Part shown: piece after piece, positions 18,611 to 28,410 of the stretch | How the letters are laid out: each line of letters opens with the position of its first letter | Numbering within the stretch: position 1 is the stretch's first letter | Assembly: GCA_027014955.1 (NCBI GenBank) | Contig: JALWDA010000073.1 | Coordinates: forward strand, 12,926-76,925 | Origin: Desulfurococcales archaeon | Lineage (GTDB): Archaea > Thermoproteota > Thermoprotei_A > Sulfolobales > Fervidicoccaceae | Length of the DNA: 64,000 bases | Direction: 5' to 3' | The notes under the pieces: model-generated | Databases searched by the model: none | Told to the model about the DNA's origin: nothing | Seen by the model: only the letters and a program-made list of their open reading frames with translations | Made by a program: the position numbers and the translations under genes

Positions 18611-20116
18611 ATGACCGGTCGCCCAAAGTCTTCTAGGAGGAGGTTTGAAGACCTTAGAAGAGGGCTGGCGAACCTCGCCCGGGAGTTCCGACGCTCCAAG
18701 ACAGGTATGACGGGGCTCACAATACTGGTAATATTGACTTTTATCGCGATCTTCTTCCCCATTGTAGGGAACCCCGAGGCCATAGACAATTGGACCAACC
18801 TGGAGTACTGGCAGGACAACCCGAAGAAGGCCCCACCCTGTTGGGCGGCCAGTGATGCTTTTAGAACGGTGGTCATAACCAGTAATAATACAAGCGCTAT
18901 AGGGGCGGAGTTGGTCGCAAGGGAATGGATGGCCCCTGATGGGAGAAAGGTTTCGTCCTTCTCGTTGCTTTTCAAGGTTGAGAAAAAGCCTCCCACCAAT
19001 ATTAACGTAGAATTCAGGGTATCCTACAAAAAGACGACCCGCGTACTCATACTGCTAGAGAGGCCAGATGGCCAGACTGTCTACCTTACTAAAGACCCCT
19101 TCGAGGGCAGAGGTACTTCTGTGAAGGATGTGTTCGGAGTTGCAACAACCAAGTTCAATGGAACTGTGTCAAAGCAGCTGTCTAGCTATGTTACTAAGCC
19201 TAAGAACGTGGAGAACTTCCTAAGACCTTGGCTAGAGTCGAACGGCTACAAGATAGGTACAGCCGAGACATCCGTGCTCACCAAAAGTGGGTTCGACATA
19301 TTGTTCGCAAAGCTGACGCCCAACTTGTTCAACCAGTTAGAGTACCTACCGGGCAGGTATAACCTGACCATCGCCTTCGTAAGCAAAGACCCAGAGTCGT
19401 CGTTCGAGGTCAAGAAGATAGTCCTCGTGGGAGGGTGCTTCGGCCTGGCCGGCTCCGACAAGTATGGTAGAGACCTTCTCCAGGGCCTCCTCTATGGCGT
19501 AAAGTGGGCCCTTATAATAGGTCTTCTAGCGAGTCTTGCGAGCACGCTCATAGGCGGCGTCTACGGTGTGGTGAGCGGATACGCTGGGGGTGTAGTGGAT
19601 GAAGTCATGCTCAGGATTGCACAGGTTATATACTCTATACCCGTACTGCCAATACTTATACTGCTATTCGCTATAATAAAGCCATCAATATGGATACTCA
19701 TTGGATTGCTTGTGGTATTCGGATGGCCAGGCATGGCTATTGTTACGAGGAGTATGGCACTTCAGCTAAAGGAAGAGACCTACGTGGAGGCAGCCAGAGC
19801 CATTGGAGCGGGACACTTCAGGCTGGTTTTCCTCTACATACTCCCCCAGATCCTTCCCTACATGTTCGCTAGCATAGCCCTAAGCGTGCCAGGGGCGGTG
19901 ATAGCTGAGGCCAGCCTCAGTTTCCTTGGGCTAGGCGACCCCACGATCCTCACCTGGGGCAAGATACTCAATGAGGCCCAAAACGCTGCCGCGACTATAA
20001 ACGGTTACTGGTGGTGGGTACTCCTACCGGGTATCATGATAACCCTTGTGGGGACCACCTTCATACTGATAGGTCAAGCCCTGGACACCATTCTCAACCC
20101 AAGGCTAAAGAGGTGA
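18611..20116 (+). CDS. Peptide ABC transporter permease (OppC/DppC family) with large extracellular loop
   Basis: GSDKYGRD, YVEAARAIGA, EASLSFLGLG, WWWVLLPG, LNPRLK. Confidence 0.95.
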   Translation: MTGRPKSSRRRFEDLRRGLANLAREFRRSKTGMTGLTILVILTFIAIFFPIVGNPEAIDNWTNLEYWQDNPKKAPPCWAASDAFRTVVITSNNTSAIGAELVAREWMAPDGRKVSSFSLLFKVEKKPPTNINVEFRVSYKKTTRVLILLERPDGQTVYLTKDPFEGRGTSVKDVFGVATTKFNGTVSKQLSSYVTKPKNVENFLRPWLESNGYKIGTAETSVLTKSGFDILFAKLTPNLFNQLEYLPGRYNLTIAFVSKDPESSFEVKKIVLVGGCFGLAGSDKYGRDLLQGLLYGVKWALIIGLLASLASTLIGGVYGVVSGYAGGVVDEVMLRIAQVIYSIPVLPILILLFAIIKPSIWILIGLLVVFGWPGMAIVTRSMALQLKEETYVEAARAIGAGHFRLVFLYILPQILPYMFASIALSVPGAVIAEASLSFLGLGDPTILTWGKILNEAQNAAATINGYWWWVLLPGIMITLVGTTFILIGQALDTILNPRLKR

Positions 20117-20126
20117 ATACAGGGAA

Positions 20127-21104
20127 ATGCCGGTGCTCAAGGTAGAGAACCTCAGCACCAATTTCTACACTTTTCGAGGAGTCGTGAAGGCCGTGGAAAA
20201 CGTTAGCTTGGAGCTGGAGAAGGAAGAGATACTTGGGATAGCTGGTGAGAGTGGTAGTGGGAAAAGCACGCTGGCCTGGAGCATAATGGGCATGGTACCT
20301 CCACCAGGAAGGATAGTCTCGGGGAGGGTCGTAATAGACGGGGTTGAGGTAACGCGTCTAAGTGATGCTGAGCTTAGGAGAAAGGTTCTCTGGAAAAAGG
20401 TGAGCATGGTATTCCAGGGGGCCATCAATGCGCTGAACCCAGTCTACACAATAGGCTATCAGCTGGCAGAGCCCTTCATATACCATGCGGGCCTAAGCAA
20501 AAAAGAGGCACTTGAAAAGGCCAAGAGCCTGCTTCCCATGGTGGGGCTCAGTGAGGAGATAGCCAAACGCTATCCCCACGAGCTTAGCGGTGGTATGAAA
20601 CAGAGGGTTGTAATAGCGATGGCCCTCGCACTGGAGCCCACTGTGGTCATAGCAGACGAGCCTACAACCGCCCTCGACGTCGTTGTCCAGGCCCAGATAC
20701 TCAACCTCCTGAAAAAACTAAAACGAGAAAAGAAGCTGAGCTTCATACTAATAACCCACGACCTGAGCGTTATCGCCGAGATGTCTGATAAGATTGCCAT
20801 AATGTATGGAGGCCAGATAGTTGAGTACGGGACAAGTGAGCAGATATTCAACGACCCCCTACACCCCTACACAAGAGCCCTCCTCAGAAGCATACCAAGA
20901 CTCAGGGGACCTATAGACAAGCTCCAGTATATCCCAGGCGAGCCCCCAGACCTCATATCCCCACCACGGGGATGCAGGTTCCATCCAAGATGTAGTGATG
21001 TCATGGACGTTTGCAGAGACAGGGAACCCGTGCTAGTGGACACTGGGGATAAGCACCTCGTTAGATGCTGGCTCTATGACGAATCGTGGAAGAGGCGGGG
21101 GTGA
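20127..21104 (+). CDS. Peptide ABC transporter ATPase (OppD/DppD family)
   Basis: GESGSGKS, LSGGMKQR, DEPTTALD, C-terminal GCRFHPRC...C...C. Confidence 0.96.
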   Translation: MPVLKVENLSTNFYTFRGVVKAVENVSLELEKEEILGIAGESGSGKSTLAWSIMGMVPPPGRIVSGRVVIDGVEVTRLSDAELRRKVLWKKVSMVFQGAINALNPVYTIGYQLAEPFIYHAGLSKKEALEKAKSLLPMVGLSEEIAKRYPHELSGGMKQRVVIAMALALEPTVVIADEPTTALDVVVQAQILNLLKKLKREKKLSFILITHDLSVIAEMSDKIAIMYGGQIVEYGTSEQIFNDPLHPYTRALLRSIPRLRGPIDKLQYIPGEPPDLISPPRGCRFHPRCSDVMDVCRDREPVLVDTGDKHLVRCWLYDESWKRRG

Positions 21105-21109
21105 GGGGG

Positions 21110-22204
21110 TTGTCAGGAGGAAATGGCTATATTCTGGAAGTTGAGGGTCTTAGGGTCTGGTTCCCTATAAGACGGCGTCTAAGCGAGCTGATAACACGGA
21201 AGCCCCCCCGATACGTCCGGGCTGTCGACGGCGTCTCCTTCAACGTGAGGAGGAACGAGACTTTCTGTCTGGTGGGTGAAAGCGGGTGTGGGAAAACTAC
21301 AACGGGGAAAGCACTACTCCGCCTCGTCCCAGTAAGCGGAGGGTCTGCCTATTTCCAAGCAAGGGAAGAGATATTAGAAGAGCTGAGCAGGCGAGGTGTA
21401 GATGTTGGTAATGATGGTAGAGTTAATATATTCGGCATCCCCCCAAGCAAGATGAAGCCCTTGAGAAGAGAAATCCAAATGATTTACCAGGACCCATTTG
21501 GTAGTCTGAACCCACGTTATAGGATTGGCGCCATACTAGAAGAGCCGCTCAAGATACACAACCTCCACCTCACCAGAGAAGAGACGGAGGAGTTGATACA
21601 CAGGGTGTTAGAGGAGGTCAGGCTGACCCCTCCAGAGGACTTCGTGGACAGGCATCCACACCAGCTAAGCGGTGGGCAAAGGCAGAGGGTGGCCATAGCT
21701 AGGGCACTCATCCTGAAACCAAGCCTAATAATAGCGGACGAGCCCGTGTCCATGCTTGACGTGTCTATCAGGGCGGAAATACTTGAACTCATGGGCATGC
21801 TTAAGGAGAGAGAAGGGATTACATATATTTTCATAACACATGACCTGGCAGTTGCACGATACATCTGCGACCGCATAGCTGTCATGTATCTGGGAAGAAT
21901 AGTCGAACTGGGTAACGCCAGGAATGTGATTGAAGACCCCAAGCACCCCTACACCAAGGCACTAGTGGCCGCAATACCCGAGCCCGACCCCAGGAACAGG
22001 CTCAGGATAAGAAGCGTCCCCATAAAAGGAGAGATACCAAACGCAGCAAACATACCGCCGGGATGCAGGTTCCACCCCCGCTGCGTGGCCTATGACGAGA
22101 ACAGGGACAGGTTGGGTGAGAGATGCAAGGTAGAGGAGCCGCCCCACTTTACTGTAGAGAAAGACAGGATGGTGTCATGCTGGCTCTACGAGCATTCCAG
22201 CTAG
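21110..22204 (+). CDS. Peptide ABC transporter ATPase (OppF/DppF family)
   Basis: GESGCGKT, LSGGQRQR, DEPVSMLD, GCRFHPRC. TTG at 21110 follows GGTGAGG (track starts at 21086). Confidence 0.95.
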   Translation: MSGGNGYILEVEGLRVWFPIRRRLSELITRKPPRYVRAVDGVSFNVRRNETFCLVGESGCGKTTTGKALLRLVPVSGGSAYFQAREEILEELSRRGVDVGNDGRVNIFGIPPSKMKPLRREIQMIYQDPFGSLNPRYRIGAILEEPLKIHNLHLTREETEELIHRVLEEVRLTPPEDFVDRHPHQLSGGQRQRVAIARALILKPSLIIADEPVSMLDVSIRAEILELMGMLKEREGITYIFITHDLAVARYICDRIAVMYLGRIVELGNARNVIEDPKHPYTKALVAAIPEPDPRNRLRIRSVPIKGEIPNAANIPPGCRFHPRCVAYDENRDRLGERCKVEEPPHFTVEKDRMVSCWLYEHSS

Positions 22205-22215
22205 CTGGATAGACA

Positions 22216-22848
22216 TTACTGTAATACTATCCTGCCTTTCCTAAGTAGGCTAGTCAAGATTTTACCATATCGCGCGAAACCCTCGTGTATCGGAACTAGT
22301 TCTTCCCCCCTAAGATCGAACAGAACCATATAACTCTCCGATCCCACAATCAGCGGCTTCTCACCCCGCGGAAACAGTATTCTTTCATAAAGGTCGATGA
22401 GCATCCTATCGAATCTGACCTTGTATGACGCAGGTTTGGGGGGTTTTTGCCCAAAGCTTCCGAAGAGGAACCGCCTAAACTCGCTTTCAACATACTTTCT
22501 ATAAAAAGGACGAGGGTCCTCCTCATCGCTTACTACAAGTTCTTTTGTTCTTTCACCAAGTTTTATCGCCTTGTAAGACTTGTACAGATCGTTGAGCATC
22601 TCATCCACGTTCCTATAGTAACTCGGAAGCCGTCTGTGGGACTGGGCAGTTGAATCGGGAGGCTTAAGGACCTTCGATACTAGGAGTATCCTATCGCTAG
22701 GCTCCAGCTGTCCTATGAAGTAGTTCTCTATAGTGGCACTCCATTCCCTATCTCTACTTCTTAGCCGCACGTTCAGAAAAGGGACTAGTATTGGGTTCGT
22801 TGGTCGCGCATCTCTTTTTCTCCCAAGTTTAAAAAACATACCCTCCAC
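22216..22848 (-). CDS. Hypothetical protein
   Basis: 210 aa ORF filling the gap, divergent from the metE genes; no family recognised. Confidence 0.6.
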   Translation of the reverse strand: MEGMFFKLGRKRDARPTNPILVPFLNVRLRSRDREWSATIENYFIGQLEPSDRILLVSKVLKPPDSTAQSHRRLPSYYRNVDEMLNDLYKSYKAIKLGERTKELVVSDEEDPRPFYRKYVESEFRRFLFGSFGQKPPKPASYKVRFDRMLIDLYERILFPRGEKPLIVGSESYMVLFDLRGEELVPIHEGFARYGKILTSLLRKGRIVLQ

Positions 22849-22964
22849 CTCGCTTATAGGAGGTAAGTAAGTTTATTTAATAAAACATTCCGGGTATTCG
22901 ATACTAATGCAGTGGAGTCTAATTGTCGCAGTATAGGGTCCTAAGGCTATGTTGGTGGTGTGCC

Positions 22965-23936
22965 TTGCAGGCTTTTACAAGCTTGACTGGGGGGTTCCCA
23001 AGGACGAGAAGCTATGCCGACGCTGTAAGGAGGAGGGAAAAGGGTAAGCTCGGCGTTGACGAGTTTTGGGACACGGTTGTTAGGGAAACCAAGCGGAGCT
23101 TGGCGAGGACGGCTCGTTATCTTGACTATCTTACGGATGGCATGTACCTGTGCGACGACATCTTCAATCCCTTCATAAAGGACATAGAAGGGGTTAAAAG
23201 AGGCTGGCTTGTAAGGTTTTATGATAACAACTTTTTCGTGAGAAACCCCATAGTTAGGGGAAAGATAAGACTCAGACCAAGTCCATCCACTGTTGATGAG
23301 AGGATAAGGCTTATCAAAGTGCTTTCCAAAGACAATGCCTTCAAGGGAAAAAGCTTCAGGTTGCCCGTACCGGGTCCACTTACATTCACTGACTTCTCTG
23401 TTGTAGAAACCATTGATTACAGTGATAATGCACAGCTCGCAGCCGACTATGTAAAGAACGTCCTCAACCCTCTGATAGATTACGTGAGAGGAAAAGGACT
23501 GGTCATAGAAATTCATGAGCCAAGCTTGAGCACTACTTTAACAGGCAATGTAGACTGGCAGGAAGTCTACAGCAACCTAGTGGGCGACAAGGAGAGCGTT
23601 CACATTATCCAATATTTCAACCAGCCCCCCTTAGATGCCCTAAGGACCCTCTCAAGCAGGTTCACAATAGGTGTAGACCTGGTAGAGAACCCGGGCCTGC
23701 TGGACAACCTTGACGAATGGCTAGGTGAGAAGCCCGTTATCCAAGCAGGTGTGGTTGATGCCCGGAACACGAGGCTAGAAGACCCGGGGGAAACGGCCCG
23801 CCGTCTCAAGCGCCTCTCGGACAAGGTGGATGTGATTATTATTTCAAGCAATACTACGCTTGAGTTTCTCCCCGAAACCGTGGCCCACAGGAAGACGCGC
23901 TTGCTAGCTAGGATAAAAAACAAACTCGTTAGGTGA
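22965..23936 (+). CDS. Split cobalamin-independent methionine synthase, N-terminal-barrel (non-catalytic) subunit
   Basis: GGFPR, TDG...DD.F, RFYDNNFFVRNP, PGPLTF, HEPSL, GVVDARNTRLE, LEFLP; no Zn ligands. TTG at 22965 after GGTGGTG (track starts at 22923). Confidence 0.85.
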   Translation: MQAFTSLTGGFPRTRSYADAVRRREKGKLGVDEFWDTVVRETKRSLARTARYLDYLTDGMYLCDDIFNPFIKDIEGVKRGWLVRFYDNNFFVRNPIVRGKIRLRPSPSTVDERIRLIKVLSKDNAFKGKSFRLPVPGPLTFTDFSVVETIDYSDNAQLAADYVKNVLNPLIDYVRGKGLVIEIHEPSLSTTLTGNVDWQEVYSNLVGDKESVHIIQYFNQPPLDALRTLSSRFTIGVDLVENPGLLDNLDEWLGEKPVIQAGVVDARNTRLEDPGETARRLKRLSDKVDVIIISSNTTLEFLPETVAHRKTRLLARIKNKLVR

Positions 23937-23942
23937 TAAGAA

Positions 23943-24962
23943 ATGGTAGATTATGTACTCCCCTCGCTCCCCACAAGCGTTATCGGAAGCTATCCTCGGC
24001 CAACATGGCTCCGTAGAATGATAAAATACTACAGAATGGGGAGGATAACAGAGGATGCAGTGCAGGAGGCCTACGATGACGCAGTTACAACCATTGTCAG
24101 GGAACAGGAGCTCGCAGGAGTCGACATACCTGCAGATGGCGAACAGCGTAGGGATGAGATGGTAGAGTACTTCGCCCACCAGATAAAGGGCTTCAAGTTC
24201 TACGGACCCGTCAGAGTTTGGGGTAACAACTACTTCAATAAGCCAGCTGTAGTCGCTAAACTAGAATATCCTGGGCCAATGACCGTGGAAGAATACCTTT
24301 TCCTCCGACAAGTCAGTACCAGGCCCATAGTTAAGGTAACCATAACGGGCCCCTATACGATAGCGGACTGGAGCTTCAACGAGTACTATCCATCCAAGGA
24401 GGACCTTGTAAAAGAGCTCTCTAATATAATAAACCAGGAACTCCACGCGTTAGTGGACCATGGTGCACAGTTCATACAGATAGACGAACCAGCATTGACA
24501 ACACACCCCGATGAGGTAGAATGGGCGGTGGACCTCATAAACAGGACTGCCAAGGGCATCGATGCTAAAATAGGTCTGCACGTTTGTTACAGTAACTATG
24601 ACCTCCTCTTCCCCTACATTGACGAGTTCTCGGAGATAAGCCAGTTTGCACTAGAATTCGCCAATAGGGGGTTTAGTGACCTTCATAAGCTCAAGGGGTT
24701 CTCAAAAGAACTTGGCTTCGGAGTGATAGATGTGCATAACAGGCGCGTGGAGTCTCCCGAAGAGGTTGCCCGCGCCATTAGGAAGGCCATGAAGTACATT
24801 GAGCCGGAGATGCTTTACATAAACCCTGACTGCGGGCTCAAGCTGCAGCCCAGGAGCGTTGCCAGGAGGAAGCTGGAGAATATGGTTCGTGGAGTCCTGA
24901 TGGTCAGAGAGGAGCTCGTGAAACGTGGGATAAGGAGTATTCCCTTCAGAAAGAGGGTTTGA
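23943..24962 (+). CDS. metE: Cobalamin-independent methionine synthase, catalytic (Zn-binding) subunit
   Basis: TSVIGSYPRP, DGEQRRDEMVEYF, TGPYT, QIDEPA, LHVC, E, NPDCGLK. Confidence 0.95.
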   Translation: MVDYVLPSLPTSVIGSYPRPTWLRRMIKYYRMGRITEDAVQEAYDDAVTTIVREQELAGVDIPADGEQRRDEMVEYFAHQIKGFKFYGPVRVWGNNYFNKPAVVAKLEYPGPMTVEEYLFLRQVSTRPIVKVTITGPYTIADWSFNEYYPSKEDLVKELSNIINQELHALVDHGAQFIQIDEPALTTHPDEVEWAVDLINRTAKGIDAKIGLHVCYSNYDLLFPYIDEFSEISQFALEFANRGFSDLHKLKGFSKELGFGVIDVHNRRVESPEEVARAIRKAMKYIEPEMLYINPDCGLKLQPRSVARRKLENMVRGVLMVREELVKRGIRSIPFRKRV

Positions 24963-25080
24963 AACTCGACTAATATCTAAAAATAATAATTTTTCTTTAG
25001 ACTATTGCTAAACAATTTATAACGTGTAAAGTACACTACTTTAAACAAGCGGTAGGACTAAACTGTGGAAGTGAAACCAC

Positions 25081-26145
25081 ATGAACGTGAACCCAGAGTC
25101 CAGGGCAGGCATAGTCGGGTGGGGGGCCTACGTTCCCAAGTATAGGCTCAGGATGGAGGAAATTGTGAGACTATGGGGCTTCCCAGAGGGAACGCCAAAG
25201 GGCCTAAATGTTATAGAGAAAAGTGTTGACAACCTGGACGAAGACGCGCTCACTATGGGATATGAGGCCGCTAAAAACGCTATAAAAAGAGCTGGCATAG
25301 ACCCGAAGGAGATACAGGCGGTCTTCTTCGGTACGGAGTCCAAGCCCTACGCTGTGAAGCCCAGCGCAACCGTGATAGCGCAAGCTCTGGGAATAACCCC
25401 TGATACCATGGCAAGCGACCTTGAGTTCGCTTGCAGGGCTGGCAGCGAGGGCATAAAGTCAGGCATAGGCCTAGTTGTCTCGGGGATGGTAAACTACGCT
25501 CTGGCAATAGGCAGCGATACCGCCCAGGCGAACCCTGGTGACGTCCTAGAGTTCACTGCTAGTAGCGGGGCAGTTGCATATATAATAGGGCCAAGCGAGG
25601 CCTCTACAGCCGTTTTCGAGGCCTCGTACACCTATGTCACAGACACCCCTGACTTCTGGCGAAGAGCCAACAGCCCCTATCCCCTGCACGGAGAGGGCTT
25701 TACCGGAGAACCCGCGTACTTCGCCCACATTATAGGTGCTGTCAAGGGGCTTCTAGATAAAACCGGTCTCACCATCAACGACTTTGACTACGCTGTATTC
25801 CATCAGCCCAATGGCAGGTTCCCCATAAAAGTGGGAGAGAAACTTGGCTTCCCCCGAGAGAAAATACTCCCCGGCCTCGTGACTCCCTATATTGGCAACA
25901 CTTACAACGCTAGTGCCCTACTTGGGCTGGCAAAGCTGCTGGATACCGTGGAACCAGGTGTCAGGATACTAGTCGCACCCTTTGGAAGCGGAGCGGGCTC
26001 CGACGCCTATAGTATACTCGTAACCGACAAGGTGGAAGAGGTTAGGGAGAGGGCCCCACCCCTCAGCTATTATATTGATAACAAGGAGTACGTTGACTAC
26101 GCGATCTATGCAAAGAACCGCAGGATAATAATGAAGATAAGGTGA
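25081..26145 (+). CDS. Hydroxymethylglutaryl-CoA synthase (archaeal type)
   Basis: GTESKPYAVKP, LEFACRAG (catalytic Cys), DTPDFWRR, FHQPNG, FGSGAGSDA. Confidence 0.96.
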   Translation: MNVNPESRAGIVGWGAYVPKYRLRMEEIVRLWGFPEGTPKGLNVIEKSVDNLDEDALTMGYEAAKNAIKRAGIDPKEIQAVFFGTESKPYAVKPSATVIAQALGITPDTMASDLEFACRAGSEGIKSGIGLVVSGMVNYALAIGSDTAQANPGDVLEFTASSGAVAYIIGPSEASTAVFEASYTYVTDTPDFWRRANSPYPLHGEGFTGEPAYFAHIIGAVKGLLDKTGLTINDFDYAVFHQPNGRFPIKVGEKLGFPREKILPGLVTPYIGNTYNASALLGLAKLLDTVEPGVRILVAPFGSGAGSDAYSILVTDKVEEVRERAPPLSYYIDNKEYVDYAIYAKNRRIIMKIR

Positions 26146-26149
26146 AGAG

Positions 26150-27292
26150 GTGGACACCGTGGTGTACATACGGGCCATAGGACTCTCCAAGGTAGAACGC
26201 GCCTACGGAAAAGGTCTCCAGGAGAAGTTCTACGAAGCAGTCGTTCCCATAATGGAGACTACAGGTCTCAGCGAGGTGGACACGGTAATTGTGTCCAACA
26301 GCTTCGCCTCACTGTTGCAGTCCCAGAACCTACTCGCATCCCTGCTAGTTGAGGACCTGTCCCTCCTCAACGTCACAACCCTAACTGTTGAAAACGGTGG
26401 TGCAGGGGGTCTAACGGCCCTTCACCTTGCCAGGTCGCTGATAAAATCAGGCGAGTCCCGCAACGTTCTTGTCGTGGGTGTTGAGAAGACTACCGACTAT
26501 AACAGCGAATACTACAACGCAGCACTATCCCAGCTGACAAACGCGGAGTTCGAGGCAATCTACGGAGCCAACATTATAAGCCAGTTCGCAATAATCGCGA
26601 GAGCCTACCTAGAGAGGCATAGTGTAAGCGAGGAGCTATTCGCAGAATGGCCAGTGTTTATGCACGAGAACTCTCTCAACGCAAAACACTCCCAGCTTCG
26701 TTTTAAGATAACAGTGGACAAGGTGCTGGCGTCGGACTATGTCTCCTCCCCCCTGAGAGTCTTGCATAGCCCTCCCTTCGGAGACGGTGCGGCCGCCTTG
26801 CTTTTGTCTGGAGAGCGGGGCGAGGATTCACTCGCGCGTATCGAGATGACCGCAGTCCTCAACGATACCATGGAGCTATCGCTAAGGGGAGACCTGGCCA
26901 CACTACCCTCAGTCAAGAGGCTTGTCGAGAGGCTGCAGAAGAAAACCTTCCCCCCCAACCAGGCAGACTACATAGATGTACTAGACAAGTACAGCATAGC
27001 AGGGCCCCTCATGCTGGAAACCATGGGAATAGCGGACCCTGGACGCATCCTCTACGAGATAAAAGAGGGCAAGTTCAGGCCAGGCGACAAACCAGTGATA
27101 AACCACACTGGTGGCGCCAAGGCACGTGGGCACCCAGTGGGAGCCACGGGCGTCTACCAGGTCGCTGAAGCTGTGGCGGCGATGCACGGACTCCAGGGGG
27201 TAAGAGGCCTGGACTATGTGGAAAAAGCCTGGATTTTAGGCATAGGGGGCCCCGGCACGGTTGCCGCTGGGGCCATTGTAAAACGTGTCTAG
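26150..27292 (+). CDS. Thiolase-family protein, catalytic cysteines absent
   Basis: Thiolase fold motifs VVGVEK, DGAAA, GHPVGATG and the canonical operon context. ENGGAGG replaces ENACASG and LDKY replaces HDCF. Confidence 0.88.
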   Translation: MDTVVYIRAIGLSKVERAYGKGLQEKFYEAVVPIMETTGLSEVDTVIVSNSFASLLQSQNLLASLLVEDLSLLNVTTLTVENGGAGGLTALHLARSLIKSGESRNVLVVGVEKTTDYNSEYYNAALSQLTNAEFEAIYGANIISQFAIIARAYLERHSVSEELFAEWPVFMHENSLNAKHSQLRFKITVDKVLASDYVSSPLRVLHSPPFGDGAAALLLSGERGEDSLARIEMTAVLNDTMELSLRGDLATLPSVKRLVERLQKKTFPPNQADYIDVLDKYSIAGPLMLETMGIADPGRILYEIKEGKFRPGDKPVINHTGGAKARGHPVGATGVYQVAEAVAAMHGLQGVRGLDYVEKAWILGIGGPGTVAAGAIVKRV

Positions 27293-27308
27293 GCGGAGGG
27301 TGGGTCTT

Positions 27309-27731
27309 ATGGAAAGTCTTTCAATATCAAGGTTCTGGAGATATAGGAGAGCCCACTATAGGCTAACCGGGAAAAAGTGTCTAAGATGCGAAAGGGTCTT
27401 CTACCCGCCCAAGCGCTCCTGCCCCTACTGTGGGTCGATGGACTTGGAAGACTACGACCCTCCTGAGAGGGGGGAGATAATAGCCTGGACCAAGCTATAC
27501 GAAACAGGGACGCCCTACACACCCTACAGGCCAATCTACCTAGCCTTAGTCAAACTAGGTGATATGACCGCCCTTCTCCAGCTAACCGACGTCACGGACG
27601 AGAAGAAACAGCTGAGAAAAGGAGCCCCAGTAGAGCTCGTGTTCAGGAGAATAAAAGAAGACGGATCCCACGGGCTGATATACTATGGTATAAAAGCGAG
27701 GCCAGCACAGCCCATCGAGACACAGGAGTAA
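27309..27731 (+). CDS. DUF35 Zn-ribbon/OB-fold scaffold protein
   Basis: CLRC...PPKRSCPYC, VELVFRRI, YYGIK. ATG at 27309 after GGAGGGTG (track starts at 27285). Confidence 0.92.
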   Translation: MESLSISRFWRYRRAHYRLTGKKCLRCERVFYPPKRSCPYCGSMDLEDYDPPERGEIIAWTKLYETGTPYTPYRPIYLALVKLGDMTALLQLTDVTDEKKQLRKGAPVELVFRRIKEDGSHGLIYYGIKARPAQPIETQE

Positions 27732-27795
27732 ACAGACACTATAATAACCCACCAGACCACAAACAACCACAAGACGCACCGACTCCCAAGGGTAG

Positions 27796-28122
27796 ATGGG
27801 TATGCCCAAGCCCAAAAAACTCATACTAGACACCGCAGAACACCACCCCCACCACAAACAATGGATGAAAATGGCTAAAGAAGTGGCCGAGACCCTTGGA
27901 ATAGAACTCGAAGTAAAGAAAGAAGACTACGAATTCGCAATACAACACGGGGTAACAGACGAGCTGGGAATGGCAGGGCTCCCCCAAATAATGGTCGAAT
28001 TAGAAGACGGCAAAATAGTCCCACTACTACACGAAATACCCCTCGACGAAAAGTTCCAACCAGACTTTGAAAAAGGAAAACAAGTCATCCTACAAAAGAT
28101 AGAGGAGCTCTCCAAACAGTAA
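27796..28122 (+). CDS. Small thioredoxin-fold-like protein without CxxC
   Basis: Beta strand followed by HHPHH where CxxC would be; GLPQIMV cis-Pro-like motif. Confidence 0.65.
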   Translation: MGMPKPKKLILDTAEHHPHHKQWMKMAKEVAETLGIELEVKKEDYEFAIQHGVTDELGMAGLPQIMVELEDGKIVPLLHEIPLDEKFQPDFEKGKQVILQKIEELSKQ

Positions 28123-28285
28123 AGACAAGCCAACACAAGACCTGAGACAAATGTTTTTAACTAAACCGAACGGAATCCCGAGTATAATTACTTCTTCTAA
28201 AAAATCGATGTTTCACATTAAGACTCCCTTATAGCGCAAAACATAGGAAAATACAAGGGAAACAAAAATTAGCAGCTAGATAAAA

Positions 28286-28364
28286 TGGTGCGGCCGCCGG
28301 GATTTGAACCCGGGATCGCCGGCTTGGAAGGCCGGCGTCCTAGTCCAGGCTAGACGACGGCCGC
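28286..28364 (-). tRNA. tRNA-Gly(TCC), intronless, CCA encoded
   Basis: GCGGCCG acceptor stem, anticodon arm CCGGC-CTTCCAA-GCCGG, GGTTCAAATCC T arm, ends ACCA. Confidence 0.98.
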
Positions 28365-28410
28365 TGTTACCCGTGTTTATATTTTGTGAGCGAGTAGGGT
28401 ATTAAATATG

